A DNA stretch of 64,000 bases from assembly GCF_018350175.1 (NCBI RefSeq), contig NC_058368.1:6262001-6326000 (forward strand), read 5' to 3'. The stretch comes from Felis catus. Taxonomy: Eukaryota. A program made the translations under genes and the position numbers. Below the pieces are notes generated by a model. The model was not told where the DNA came from and did no database searches. It was given only the letters and a program-made list of their open reading frames with translations. Below are positions 1-13,489 of this stretch, piece by piece (position 1 is the stretch's first letter; the number at the start of each line of letters is the position of its first letter).

Positions 1-801
1 TCGGGGGTTTTGTTGTTGTCATTTGACCTAATTTCCTTCAGTTGCTGAGATATGGAGGGGGTGCTTGTTAGCTCAGTTGAGGCAGGTAGGTCAGGGAATT
101 TCTTAACTCTCTCCTCTGAGTCCATGTAGCGATGCTTCCAACATCCCGTCCTCACAATCCTGCCTCCTCCACACCCTCCATATCCCCTCCTGGCTCCGTG
201 ACGCCTGGACCTCCCTAAACCTTGTATCTGCTTCCTCTCCCTTACCCCCAACTCCTATCTCTCTACCGTAACCCACTTTTCAATCCCCCTGCGTAGAAAC
301 ATGCTTACCTTCTCCATCTTCACAGAGGTGAAGGGTTTCACAACCGGCTGGGCGTGAGGGCAGGTGGTTGATCGGTAGCATTTGCCGATGTCTGCAGTGT
401 AAACACATCCACCGTGGGAGTGTGTCAAGCCAGTTGAACAAGAAGCGTGCATAATCTCTGAAAATTTAAAGCAGCTCTCCCAGAGGTAGGAGGTTTCTGG
501 GGCATCACTGAAGCCTTCCCCTTAGCTCTGGCCTTAACTTGAACTATCTTTCTCCTTCTATTTGTTGTAGAACTTCTCAAGGAGCAGTCCACAATCATTG
601 CTTGTGTCTCCCAGTGCCGTAGTCTCTCTTGGGCCTTTACAATCTGGGTTTTACCTCTTCAAGATCCTTAGGAATTTTGTGGTTGTTGTTGTGACTACGA
701 AAGCTATCCGTGTGGAATCCAAAAGCAAAAAAAAAAAAAAAAAAAAAAAAAGAATCCATCAAGAAAAATGAGTAAAAGTATAAAAGAGATACCATAAATG
801 A

Positions 802-1017
802 GGTTTTTTAAATGTTTATTTATTTTTGAGAAGGAGAGAGAGAGAGACAGAGTGCGAGCAGGGGAGAGGCAGAGAGAGAGGGAGACAGAATCCGAAACAG
901 GCTCCAGGCTCTGAGCCATCAGCACAGAGCCCAACGTGGGGCTCGAACCCACGAACCGTGAGATCATGACCTGAATCGAAGTCGGACGCCCAACCGACTG
1001 AGCCACCCAGGTGCCCC
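802..1017 (-). mobile_element. CanSINE (carnivore tRNA-derived SINE)
   Basis: Reverse-complement CanSINE head (...CCACCCAGGTGCCCC), (GA)n tract and T-rich tail; flanking TACCATAAATGAG / TACCATCAATGAG target-site duplication (TSD). Confidence 0.95.
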
Positions 1018-1134
1018 TACCATCAATGAGCTTTGAATTGGAAACTGACACTCTTGTTCCTTGTTTTCTTTGGCCTTTGCACCACTGGTCGCTAGTGACC
1101 TCCCCCTCTACCAAGAACTCTTTTTTCTTCTTTT

Positions 1135-1720
1135 CCTTTTTTTTCTGGCATTTTTCAGGTTGGATTATGGTTGACACAATGCTACATTCATTTCAGGCAC
1201 ATGACGTAGTGATACTACAAACTATGCATGATTTTGTGCTCACCACAAGTGTAGCTGCTGTCCGTCGCCATGCAGCACTACGACGATATCATAGACTATA
1301 TTCCCTATGATGTGCCTTTCATCCCTGTGACTTACTCACCCCATAACCGGAAGCCCGTCCCTCCTGCTCCCCTTTGCCCGTTTTGCCGATCCCCCCACCC
1401 CCTCCTCTCTGGCAACCATCAGTCAGTTTGTTCTCCATATCTGCAGGTCGGTTTCTGGGTTTTGTTTTGCATGTTTTCTTTGGTATTTCTCTTTCTATGT
1501 CTGATTTCTTTCACGTAGCATAATACCCTCTAGGACTATCCATGTTGTTGCAAATAGCAAGATCTCATCCTTTTTTAGGGCTACGTGATATTCCATCGTA
1601 TATACATACAACCTCTCCTTTATTCACGCATCTACGCGTGGACACTTGGGCTGCTTCCATATCTTGGTTATTGTAATTAATGCTGCAGTAAACATGGGGG
1701 TACATGTATCTTTTTGAATT
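1135..1720 (-). mobile_element. L1 3' end fragment (carnivore-type)
   Basis: Minus-strand remnant IQKDTCTPMFTAALITITKIWKQPKCP matches the L1 ORF2 C-terminus; L1 3'UTR-like sequence follows. Confidence 0.9.
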
Positions 1721-1759
1721 AGGAGGTCTCCTTTCATTGGCTGCAGCTTCCTGTCCTTC

Positions 1760-2220
1760 TCCGATATGCCTTCCTCATCTCTCACCTCCTCTTCCCCTGT
1801 CCCCACAATGTCCACATCCCCAGAGCTCTCCTCCATCCTCTCCTCTTCCCTTCATCATCTCCATCAACCTTGACATTGGTGATTCACAGGCAGATCTTTC
1901 TACCCGAGATCTCTCTTCTATGCTCCGGTTCAGTATCCCAGTGGCCTGAAGTTTCTTTCCTCCGAAAAATGTGAATGGTCCGGAATAGACTCTACCAGCT
2001 TGACGTCCATATCTGCTCTGCTGTCTTCATCTTTCCTGTTTCTGTTAAAGGGGCTACCATCCCTGCAGTCACGGAGGCTACAAATACCCATAGACCGAGC
2101 TCCTCTACACTCTTCGCACATACGTCCTGCTTATTGAATCTCCCGGCTACCTCTTATTCCATTTCACCTCCACAGTTGAGACCATCATTACCTATCGTCA
2201 TACCTTCTGGCCTCCGGAAT
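1760..2220 (+). mobile_element. L2 fragment (degenerate)
   Basis: Pyrimidine-rich sequence resembling the L2 3' region; boundaries approximate. Confidence 0.55.
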
Positions 2221-2256
2221 TGATAAGAGTTCCTCTTCCACTGAAAAGAAATCCAG

Positions 2257-2470
2257 GGATGCCAGCGTGGCTCAGTTAGTTGGGCATCTGACTCTTGATT
2301 TCGGCTCAGGTCATGATCTCACGGTTCATGGGATGGAATCCCACGTTGGGCTCCCTGCTGATGGCACAGAGCCTGCCTGGGATTTTCTCTTTCTCTCTTT
2401 CTGCCCTCCCCCCCCATCCCCTCCCCCTCTCAAAATAAATAAAATTAAAAAAAAAAAAAGAAAGAAAGAA
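2257..2470 (+). mobile_element. CanSINE (older subfamily)
   Basis: GTGGCTCAGTTAGTT head, CT-rich body, A tail; TSD AAAAGAAA(T/C)CCAG. Confidence 0.9.
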
Positions 2471-5016
2471 AAGAAACCCAGCTGTAAGATTTATATTTAT
2501 AAAAAACAGTTCTGACCAATCTCACCTTCCAGCTCAAATACCCTTGATTATAACTGAGGCTTCACCTTAGCCTAGCATCAAAGTCCTAAATGACATGACC
2601 CCTGATTTTCTCCCAACATTATCTACCTCTCCAGCATTCACCTGCCCCGGGACTTTGTCCATGTTGTTCCCTGTCTGGAATTCCTCATCCCCTGTTTCTA
2701 CATACTTAAATCCGTCCATCTTCAAAGCCAGGGTCAAATGCCTCCCCTGCCCTGAACTTCTTCTCGGAGCTCCCCAGCTGCCAATAATTGCACCTCCATT
2801 CTCCGAACTCGGAGCATTTGTCTTGCGTCACATCACTTCCTGCTTCGCATTAAGAGTAATTTGTGGAAGAAAGGAGGAAAACTAACATTTATGAGATCAG
2901 TCGTTGCATTAGGACTTTTTGTTAGCTCCTGAAATGTTTACACAACCCTGGGTGGTGCATACTATCACCTCTCGTTACAGAAAAGGAGACAATGGCTCAG
3001 AGTGGCACCGTGAAATTGAAATCGGATGACGGCCTGCCTGACTCCACTTGTGTGCTGTCACCACTCAATCGCGTGTCTGGCTTAGCTCTCCTCTCCTGGT
3101 GACCTCCTGGAGACCGAGGACCATGATTTCTCCCACGTTTACCCACCTCAAGACTCCCCGAGCAGGGCTGGGCACCCGGCCCGGTGCGCATCGGAACGCG
3201 AGGGACCGAGCGCAGGCTGGATTGACAGATAGGTCTGCCCACTGGTCATTTCCCTGCGGGTTGCAGCTGTGCATTCCAGAGCTCCGCACGCTATAAATAT
3301 CTCACCGCCATTCACGTTTAGATGTTTCTTCCTGCTCTCTGTGCCCTACTTCTGTGCCTCTCTTTGATTGGCAAGCTGTGAAGGAGGCAGAGATTGAATC
3401 GGCGGTTCTCTTTTGTCCAGAGCCTGAGCGCAACAATCAACAAACGATTCCTGGTGAGGGGAAAAAAAAAGTTGTTTTCCCGAATGATTCTGTGCTGCTT
3501 TTCGATCGATTCTCCTTGCATTTCCTCCCCTTCATTGTAACACATAGAAATGGCATGTAGAGTCCACTGTGACATCACCTCTGTTGGGACGATTATTTAC
3601 TCTCCAGATCCCTAGCCTATTGTGACCTCTTCTACTCCTCCCGCCCCACCCCTCCCCCCGCCCCCTGCTGGTTGCTCAAAGCCCTCATTCACAAGTGCAG
3701 GGGCAGAGGTCCCCCAAGCCACACCCACGGGCCTGACTTACCTGTTCCTGGCTCCTTCTAGATCTACGCAACTAATCTTGTAAACCAACTGAGACTAGAC
3801 AACCACTCGTGGAATCATTAGATTGTTCCTTCCTCCTTCCATTAAGCGGTGGCTTCATGAAGTAGTTTAACTAAAAAGTAACTCTAATGGTGGGAACTCG
3901 GATACCATGGCCTCCTGTTGAAAAAGATATTTTAGGGCAAAGGGCCTTCTCTGAGGAAGCTCCCAGGCACCAGCTACCTCTACGGCTGGCCCCACCCACA
4001 CACCCCCTCCCGGAGCTTGCCTCCAAATCCCCAAGTTTGATTTGCACCTAGGAAGGGATGAGGAGCCAAACTCCCATTGTCCGTCTGATATGCAATCTGA
4101 CACACAGACCGGCCGGTATGACGAACATAGACGTGGCTCACCCGAGAGCAAGGGTGATATATGGCCCTTGTGCGGCTGGCCACTCCCCGGGCTGAAGAAG
4201 TGTTTGTCAAAGCTGGCCAACGGGCCTCAAAGACCAGCGAGGACAGTGTTTCTGCTCTTGACTCCTCCTCTATCAGTGATGTCTCTGACAGAATGCAGCA
4301 CTGACCTGTCCCGTGTGCCACGCTTTCTGATGCTCTCTGAGACATCCCCCAGAGGGATGGCCAAGCTCCTGGTCGGGTCAGAGAGGGAGGGGCACCACCC
4401 TGGCCCTGTCCTGCAGACGCAGGACGAGCAGGACCCTGCACACGCTCTCGCTGCCTCAGGAGCACCAAAGAGCCTCTGGCTCCCTTGGTGCGTTGTTTTG
4501 ATGTAAGAAAACCCGTTTTTATTCTCCAAATTTGTGCATAAATCCCACGGAGGCCTCGGATTTGAGGTGGGTGGATTTCATGGGCATCCAGGCACTGAAC
4601 AGCTGTTGTGGGATTTCTGACTTCTGAATGCACATTCATTCCTATGAAGAGCTCCAGGGACATGTAAGCCCTTGGATGCTCCCTCCTCCACTTGTCCTCT
4701 CTCTCCGTCCCCAGCACGTAGGTTATTGTAGCTATTACTGCAACTGTTTGGGACTTGTTCAATAAAAAGTCCCTTTTAATCCAGCGTTACTAAAACGGGT
4801 TCTAGTTTATTCGCATATATGTATTTGAATCTCAGTGTGTGGTGGGATGAAATGTCATGCTAAGAAGCAAAATGGTTCTACTGTGACTATAATATTATTA
4901 GCCTCTTTTTGGATATTGGGGAAATTTTATTTGTGGCAAGGTGATATACTGAAAAAGAGAGCGTATGTCCCTGATATAAGGTTAGGAATTGGCCAGATAA
5001 ATTTCAGGCATTATAG

Positions 5017-5073
5017 GTAGATAAGTAGATAGATAGATGGATAGACAGATAGATAGATAGATAGATGATAGAT
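5017..5073. repeat. (GATA)n imperfect tetranucleotide microsatellite
   Basis: Direct tandem GATA/GATG/GACA units. Confidence 0.95.
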
Positions 5074-8000
5074 GGAAGAAATGTATTATATATATTTATA
5101 TATGTGATATATATATTTAAAATTATAGAGAGATGTTAATCTCAGGTACTGAATGATGGGAGTTCAAAATTCCTTTTTCGTTAAGGAGAAGAAGAATAGA
5201 GGTCAGTCTGTGAGGCAGAGGAGGATGGGCTGACTTCTCAATGGAGGTGGGGTCTGATCTCCCGCACAATTAGTCAGAACAGCCATTTGTCATGTGCTGG
5301 CTCCTGGCCCTGACATTGTGGATTCACCTATAGGGCTCACCAGTTCAAGAGGGACGTACAGATGTTCAGGACTGTTCCAGCATTGACAGAGGCAGGCCAT
5401 GGCTATGGCTGTGTTCCCAAGGCAAGGCCATGACAGTGCCCTGAGGAATTCTTCCTGAAACACTCTGGGAATGCAGACTTTGGAAAGGCCTGGTACTCAT
5501 GCACTTGACCTTTTAGCTGCCGTACAAGCAGGAAGTAATCCCCAGCAGCAACGGCATCCTTGAACATGAACAGCAATCCCGATGTTGCCAGCAGTGTTAA
5601 GAAATGAAGAACTCTGAAACTTAACCTTTTAAACTCCTTAACATTTTGAAGAGTTCTTTTGTTTCCCAGAATCATCATTATGAAAAAGCAAAAATGTGAT
5701 CTTCGCTTCAGACAAAATAATCTAACCCCAATGCCAGTCTCAGGCCCAGCTGCCATCAAATGGCTTACTTGCTGAGAATACAGAGCCCTACTTCCCACTC
5801 TGAATTCTCACATAGTACGTTTGGAGTCGGCCTTGGAACCCGCACTTAAGTCAGCTGGTGGATAGCCAGACTTGGGGGACACTGGCCTGGTTTAACTCCC
5901 CATAAATTTAGAAATCCCTTTCACAGTATCCCTAAGCCAGAGTATTTACGACATTGTTTCTCTTACTGAGCTGGAATCTGCCACAGAAGTGTTTTTACCC
6001 ATCTGCCCTGGTTCACCCCTTGGCACAATAAATCAAAGACCTCTGAACTCAGGGGTTGGGAGGATAGCCCAGGGCAAGGGAGCCGGCGGCTTGTGAATAG
6101 GAGTGTACTTGCGTGTGTATGTGTGCGGATGTGTGTGTGTGTATACACGAATGCACGCTTGCAAGTGTTTGGGGTACGGTTTAGAACAGGTATGAGGCAG
6201 GAGTGAAGCTAACATTTAAGATCAACTGGGGGCTTGGCACACCCAGGTCCAACAGCCATCAAGATCCGAGAAGCAGAGACTGGGGCAGGATGGGAAGGAC
6301 AGGCGTGCGAGAACAGAGTGAACACAAGACCATCTTATTCAAGAGTCTCCAACTGCAATGTTACCGGCCTGACCTCCAGAAGTGGGGGGCTAGATGGTGG
6401 GGGCAGAAAGCCGGCAGGAGGTACCAGCTGAAGTTAAGGAAACGGGTATGGGGAAAACCCAGAATACCCAGGAGACTGGAGCAAAAGGAAGTCTGCCATT
6501 TCTCCCAGTACACCATCAGAGCGGGTACGGCCCCCTCAGTACAGAGTTAAAACTATGTCTAGGTCTCATGAATGCACGGGGCAAGGGCTCTCATCCGCAC
6601 AGTCTCCTTCATTCTGAGGACGGACAGGGACTACACCGAAGGATGGGTCTCGTTTGAGGCTTCGGCTGTGCTGCCAGGATGGAGAAAGACCTAGATCCTT
6701 ACGTCTCCCAACAATTCTCGGTTTTTGTGGATTCTTTGCCACCCTGGTTGAGTGCCTTTAATTAACAAAGTACCATATCCCAGAAGTGGTCTAATCAGTA
6801 TGGAATAGACGTGGAACGAATGCCTTCTTCGTTCCGGACATCAGACTGCTGTTATTGCAGTCTGAACAAGCGCCCACATTGCTTGTTCAACTTTTAGTAA
6901 GATTGGTTTACCTTGACCTTGAAGACATCCAAACCCCCTAGAACCTTTCCAGAACTGAATAGAAGTCAAGACTTTATATTTTTTCTTTTTCGATTTTATC
7001 TGTTAGTGTGGACACACTCTTCTAGATTTGGGAGGTTATTCTGAATCCTGCCCCATAGCCAATGTTTTCGCTCTCCTCCGCAAGTTGGCGTCATTGGCAA
7101 ATTTGATCAACGTGACCTTGATGTCTCCGTGTAAGTTTTTAAAAAGAGTCGGACGACACAGAATTGATATACCTCTTTGTGGTGCGGTAGAAGAGACCTC
7201 CCTCCACCTTGATCTTGAATAATTAATGTTCATCCACCAGCTACAAAGTCACCTGCTTGTCCCATCACATACAGCACTTTGTAAATGACTGAATGATAGC
7301 ATTTATCAAAGTGTACCATAATTACTTCTTTGCATAGCTGTCTCACTCACCAGGCTGTTTCTCCAAGACAAGGACCATGTTTTATTCATCTCTGTGATTT
7401 CAACGCAGAGCACAGTAAGTGTGCAATGTACGTGGGGTGTGGACTCCTCTGGCCAATATCCCCCCCAACTTGTCTGCAGAGGTAAGTATCAAGAATACTC
7501 ATAAATCATCTTGCCAAAATGAAGGTACTCTATCTTGCAACTCAATCTATCAAGAAATGTAGAGAGGCATGAGGTTAATTGGACACAAGTTAACAACCCA
7601 GAATTATTCATTCTTCTCCATAATGTGCATGGCAAACATAAGCTGAATAACATGCCATCAGTTTGTTAACCTCACCTAGACATTTGTTAGTACTCAAGGT
7701 CATGTTCATTGGGCTGTAGTTTCTGGTTTCCACCTTGTTCTGTGTCTCCCACCCCCAAGTCGAGTATCCGTGGTCCTTTTGTCTCTTACCATTCCCCATA
7801 TTTGCTCAAAGATTCCTAATTATCTCCATGCCTCCAACGAGCCTCGCTCTAGTGCCCCCGGGACGTCCTCCCTTGGACCCATCTGATCTCCTGGAAAGCC
7901 TTCGGCACCAGCTGGTGGTTTCCTCTCCTTTCTTGAACCACACACTTCAAGTTAACCAGGACTTGACATGGGTCTCTCCGGCCAGGTCTGGGAGAGAAAG

Positions 8001-9389
8001 TGGAAATGTTACTTGGGGGGGCCCATGCCCTCTTATGCATGGCCTGGGTCAGGGCAAGGAGATGACGCAGAGCAGCATGTGGGCACTTTTAAGTGCCCCC
8101 CCCCCCGCCCCTCTCTCCCAAGGACTCTTGAATAACCTTGTAGGGAAGAGTCTTCCACAAAATCATGGAGACTGGATTTCCTGCCAGCTGGAAGGAGGGG
8201 TAGGAGGAGGCTTGAAGTGATGGAGAGAAGTTGAAGAAAGGGGTCTGTCTTCTCTCATGAATGTCTCGGAGCTAATTGATCTCATTACATAAGTCTTTCT
8301 TCCCTCTCAGTTTTTAGATCATTTCCACCGACAGAGAAGACAGAGAAAACTAGGATGGGGTATTTCTGTCTTCGCCGAGCTCTCTGTTACCACCAGGCCA
8401 GCTGCCAAGCACAGCTTCAAAGCTTCCGGGCTTCCCGCTTCCTGAATGTCATTCCACAATTTGCATCACAGTGTCCTGTGTGTCCACCCTCAGTGACGTG
8501 CTTCAGTCTTGTATACGTGCATTCAGCAGAGAGTTAATCCAGCCGTGCCCCTGACACGGGGTGCGCTGCGGGCGCAGCCCCGAACAAAACGAGAAAAAAG
8601 CCATCAACCCTGCCCCTCATGGGGCTTGCAGTCGACCGGCCGGCAGACAAGAAACAAGACAAGCAAAACAAGTTGCAGCTTGGAGAGCGATACCAGCTGT
8701 GGGGGAGAATGGAGCACAGAATCGGATCGCGTGCTGGGGCCTGAGGGACCAGGAGTTGAGGTCTGTAATAGTGCAGTCTGGGAAGGTCTCACGGAGACCT
8801 CAACGGTGGGGAGGGGGCGGGGCAGGGGGGTGGGGCAGGTGCCCGGGGAGGGAACCTCCTAGTTGCTTGTTCAATGAGGCCAGACTGACGGGAGCAGAGG
8901 ATTGGAACCGATCCTGTTAAAATTGGAACTCCACAGAGAACCTGCTGGTTTCCCCTTCTCTGTGTCAGAATAGACTGTTCTGGACTCCGATGCAGGAATG
9001 GAACTAAGTGGCCAGGGGTCGTGGTCTCATACGCGGTGGCCTCAGATGGCTGTGCTTTCTGAGTTCTTGATGTCGGACCATCCACTGGCATTTTGTTAAT
9101 TTATTACATTACGCCCGAGTGCCCGTTCTACCTCCGCGAGTAAAACATTCCCGACCCCGACTTCACGGGCTCGGGGATACCAAGAATACAAGCAATGGTT
9201 CTGCTGGAGGACATAAGAGGTAAACGGGCCCGCTGAGAGATCCAGGTGGCTTCTGGTGGGAAAGGAGGTCCAAATCCTGTCTTGAAGGATGGACAGGAAG
9301 GAGTGGGCCAGGCAAAGGGGCGGGGCAGAGCTCTCCAGACATAGCACGCCCAGGGCACCGGGGCACGTACTCAAGACAGTCTCGGGGTG

Positions 9390-9625
9390 GTTCCAGATGT
9401 TTGGAGGCGGGTGAGGATGATGTGGGGGTTGCTGGGCGTTTGTGGACGGAACGATGGCAGAGACACGAGGGCGGTGGGGGCGGCACAGGCCTGGTCGTGT
9501 CTGGTCTCATCAAGGCCCGCACCGGAAGGGCAACCTCCGAGGACAGCCTCGACATCCGCGCGAAAGAAATTTCCGTGGTTTACAAGCCGCCCAGGCCACG
9601 GTGCCTTTCTCTAGCACACGGGAGA
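9390..9625 (+). mobile_element. MLT1-like MaLR LTR remnant, strongly GC-shifted
   Basis: AAATTTCCGTGGTTTACAAGCCGCCCAGGCCACGGTGCCTTTCTCTAGCA resembles the MLT1 3' end (AAATTTCTGTTGTTTAAGCCACCCAGTCTGTGGTATTTTGTTATAGCA). Confidence 0.55.
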
Positions 9626-9849
9626 TGCGCCCGAGCCGAGCAAGTTGCTCTGACCCAGGGCCTGGTTTCCCCTGAGAGCGAGTGATTTTCAAACGCTGGC
9701 TTCAAACCCACATTTCCAGCTCGGATCTTTGTGCTTCCCATCCCTTACTCGGTTGTGTTTGGCACAGTTGAGTTCGCTGAAAAAGTGCCCTCTGGGTAGA
9801 GGAGCTGCTGTCTGGGTCCCCGACAGACCGTCCTAGGTGCAGCTTCCCG

Positions 9850-10800
9850 TGGGCCCGTCACAGGGAGTCCGCGCCTCTGTGGCGCAAGACTCCCAGGCGA
9901 CGTCCACGTCTTAGTCTGTGCGAACAGCGCCCCCAGGAGCTCGGGGGCGGTGTAACCCGCGCGGCCCCGCGCCCCCAGTTCCCCTCGGCTGGCTCCTGGC
10001 CCTGCCATTGTTCCCGGCGGGACTGGAGCGGGCAGAGCAGATGGGGAGGGGCTCTGGGGGCTGTGGGCACGGGGTCCTGCCAGGCTCGCTGCTCTGCGAA
10101 AACGCAGCGACGCCAAACACGGGCTACAAAAGTCCCAAGTGCCCTGCGGGAGGCCCGTGCCAGGCTCCCCTCCCACGGCCTTCAGTGCGCGACTGTGACC
10201 TTGCGCACACACCCCCTCCCCCCTCGCTGGACTGTGGCTCGCTGGCGACGTTGCTGGGACGCGTCCAGGTTGCCATGGGAACGCGCGGGGGCGCTACCGG
10301 TCAAGACCCAGACCCCTCAGAGCCGCTGCAAAATCAACACCACGTACAAGGCCAGGTGCCCAGCAGCACCGTCTCGGCCCACAGCTAACCGGGAAAGGGG
10401 TCCGGAAGGGATGTCGGACCTTGCCTGTCGTTGGGGAAAGCGCCCCTTAGTCCCCGGCCTTAGTGGCTCTGTGCACACATCAGAGAATCACTCCCCGGGG
10501 CTAGGAGGAGGGGGCGAGGGGGCGTGCAGAGAGAGGTGGGCTCTCGGATCAGGAAGACTGGGTTCAAGTCCAGGCTCTGGCACCGGCTAGCCACCCCACT
10601 GTCAAACGGGCACCGTACATCTCCCGGGGTTATCATTGGGGTCAGATGGGAGAACACGGTCAAGTGCGGAGCCCGGCGCACGCCCAGTACCCCTTACGTG
10701 CCAGCTGGTGAGGGCGGAAGGTAAACCACTTTTCTAGCCATAGCGTGGGGCCCTTTGCGGATTCCGGGTGTCTTTGTGGGCATTCGGGGTCCCGGTGCTT
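9850..10800. promoter_or_regulatory. CpG-rich, GC-rich segment (CpG island-like)
   Basis: Visibly dense CG dinucleotides (CGCGCGG, CGCGCGGGGGCG); no associated gene start identified. Confidence 0.5.
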
Positions 10801-11060
10801 GGTAAACACCCGGGATTCTGCTTCTTCCAAAGGGATCTGCTTCCCTGAATGGCTCATCCCTTGACATTCCGTCTAATTACTGCCTTTTCCGTTTGCAGGC
10901 GATGATCCCACAGTTGACGAGAGCTGGGCTTGGTAAACACCTTTCATCTTTGCAGTTAGGGTTTTTTATGTGTACTCCTTCCCCGCCCCCGGCCCCACCC
11001 CGCACCAAAATAGGAGATTAAAAAAAACACAACAACGCCTCTATTAATACATAATTGTGC

Positions 11061-11283
11061 GGGGCGCCTGGGTGGCGCAGTCGGTTAAGCGTCCGACTTC
11101 AGCCAGGTCACGATCTCGTGGTCCGTGAGTTCGAGCCCCGCGTCAGGCTCTGGGCTGATGGCTCAGAGCCTGGAGCCTGTTTCCGATTCTGTGTCTCCCT
11201 CTCTCTCTGCCCCTCCCCCGTTCATGCTTTGTCTCTCTCTCTCCCAAAAATAAATAAATGTTGAAAAAAAAATTAAAAAAAAA
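11061..11283 (+). mobile_element. Young feline CanSINE (SINEC_Fc-type)
   Basis: GGGGCGCCTGGGTGGCGCAGTCGGTTAAGCGTCCGACTTCAGCCAGGTCACGATC head with intact CpGs; TSD AATACATAATT(G/A)TGC. Confidence 0.97.
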
Positions 11284-11466
11284 TACATAATTATGCTAGA
11301 AAAATTAAATAATACAATGCAGATAAACCACAACCAGAAATATAATTAAAATAATCCAGATCTTGCCACCCAGAGACAACCACTGTAACATTGGTTCTAG
11401 ACTCTTTCCCATGTAAATACATATGTCCTTTTAAAGCAAATTTGACTCATGTTATACATAAGGCTC

Positions 11467-11766
11467 TTTCTTTTTTTAATATGAAATTTATTGTTAAATT
11501 GGTTTCCATACAACACCCAGTGCTCATCCCAACAAGGTGCCCTCCTCCATGCCCATCACCCACCCTCCCCACCCTCCCACCCCCCATCAACCCTCAGTTT
11601 ATTCTCAGTTTTTAAGAGTCTCTTATGGCTTGGCTCCCTCCCTCTCTAACCTTTTTTTCCCCCTTCCCCTCCCCCATGGTCTTCTGTTAAGTTTCTCAGG
11701 ATCCACATAAGAGTGAAAACATATGGTGTCTGTCTTTCTCTGTATGACTTATTTCACTTAGCATAA
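11467..11766 (-). mobile_element. 5'-truncated feline L1 3' end (~300 bp)
   Basis: ATGAAATTTATTGTTAAATTGGTTTCCATACAACACCCAGTGCTCATCCC feline L1 terminus; TSD TACATAAGGCTC. Confidence 0.92.
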
Positions 11767-11849
11767 TACATAAGGCTCCTTAAACTGCTTTTCCAACACA
11801 TACATGCTGAACATCCTTCCAAATAAATATAGAAGTATAATCCACAGCA

Positions 11850-12087
11850 TTTTATTTTTTTATTTTTTATTAACTTTTTTTTAATGTTTATTTAGTTTTG
11901 AGAGAGAGAGACAGAGACAGAGCGTGAGCAGGGAAGGGGAAGAGAGAGGGAGACACAGAATCCGAAGCAGGCTGCAGGCTCTGAGCCATCAGCACAGAGC
12001 CCGATGCGGAGCTTGAACTCACGGACCGTGAGATCATGACCTGAGCTGAATTTGGACGCTCAACCGACTGAGCCACCCAGGCACCCC
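11850..12087 (-). mobile_element. CanSINE
   Basis: Full reverse-complement SINE; TSD TCCACAGCAT. Confidence 0.95.
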
Positions 12088-13489
12088 TCCACAGCATCAT
12101 TTGAAATGGTTGCATGGATATATTATAATGTATTTTACCAATTATTTAAGAGGTTTGGATTCTTTTTGCTGCTATAAAAAACACTGCAGTGAGTAATCCT
12201 GTGCATGTATCTTTGTGGTCTTACATACTTGTTTCTTAAGAAAAACATTCCTGGAGGTGGAATGATATGGAGAGTATATATCTTATGAGGGCTTTTGCTA
12301 CATATTATTGAACCACTCCTTAGATGTTCCTTTCACGACCCCTCCCATTGAGAACACGGGTCATTTTTCTCATACCCATACCAACACTGGCTTTTAATTT
12401 CTCAATGAAAAAAGTATTATTCTTTTACTTTTTTCCCAGCCCATTCTATGAAAAACGCATTCTTGTAATGTTTTCTTCCGTTTGTTGCATTACTAATGAG
12501 AATGATAACGTTGGACACTTATTGGCCACTTATCTGTGTTTCTTATTTTATTAAATGCCTCTTCATTGCCACTCTTAGCCATTTTCCCGTCAGGGCGTCT
12601 CTCAGCCTTTGTTGATTTGTACTAGCTTTCTCCAATAAGCTCTTACACAAACCTCTGCCCAGGAAATACTCTCCTCGGTGGGGTGAGAAATTACTGCATG
12701 ATTGCTCTGGCAGAGGTGCTGTTGAGGCCAAGTTCCCCCAAAGAGGCCCCGAAAGGAGAGCGGTCACCCCCTGAATGGTGGGGGGGCGGGGGGTTGAGAG
12801 CTCCTGGTGTGGGTTGTTGCAACTGGCACTAACCACAGACGGAGCCTGCACATTTGGCCTCAGCGGGACTGTGTTATTTCATGTAGCAAAGTGCCTACCA
12901 GATGCATCCATATTGTAGCTTGTGTCAGAATTTCCTTCCCTTTTAAGGCCGGAAACTGTCCCATTGTGTAGATGGACCCCATTTTGTCTGTCTAGTCATC
13001 TGTTACTGGAACCGACTGCATTTCGAAGAACAGTGGGCACAGGATTCGCTGAGGATGGGGTTAAATGCAGACTTCAATCAGCACTGCTGGGACGAGGCTG
13101 GAGATTCGGCAGCAAGCTTCTGGGCCACCTGCCCTCACCAGCCAGTTCAGCTCTTCGCTCACCGTGCCCCGTCCCACTTGTAGCGATAAGCACCAGCACC
13201 AAGGGCTGCTCTTACGGGCCGCTTTTAAAAAATACAGACTACCCATTCTCTCCTTTCTAGCTAGTTCCAACCGCCAACTCCCCACCCCGGCCTCTGCCAT
13301 CTGACAGGTCTGAGCGGCCCTGCCTGGGTCTGAGTGCCTCTCGGCCACGGCCAGGCCTCCTCAGCTGGCCTAGCTCCCAACTCCCCGCAGGCCTCTCCCC
13401 TGCTCCAACCCCCGGCTCTGTTTTCATCTGTTATGTATACTTGGCTTCTTTCATTTGGAGAAAGATCCCGAGGCCGAAAGCCTGTATCC

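Noticed and set aside
3980..4762. Longest ORF (260 aa, minus) and overlapping 154-aa plus ORF
   Set aside because: Neither begins with ATG, no recognisable domain, and several overlapping frames are open on both strands, typical of GC-rich non-coding DNA.
4761..4766. AATAAA as the poly(A) signal of a terminal exon
   Set aside because: A single hexamer with no supported upstream terminal exon.
11061..11140. tRNA-like A/B box sequences
   Set aside because: SINE heads, not tRNA genes.
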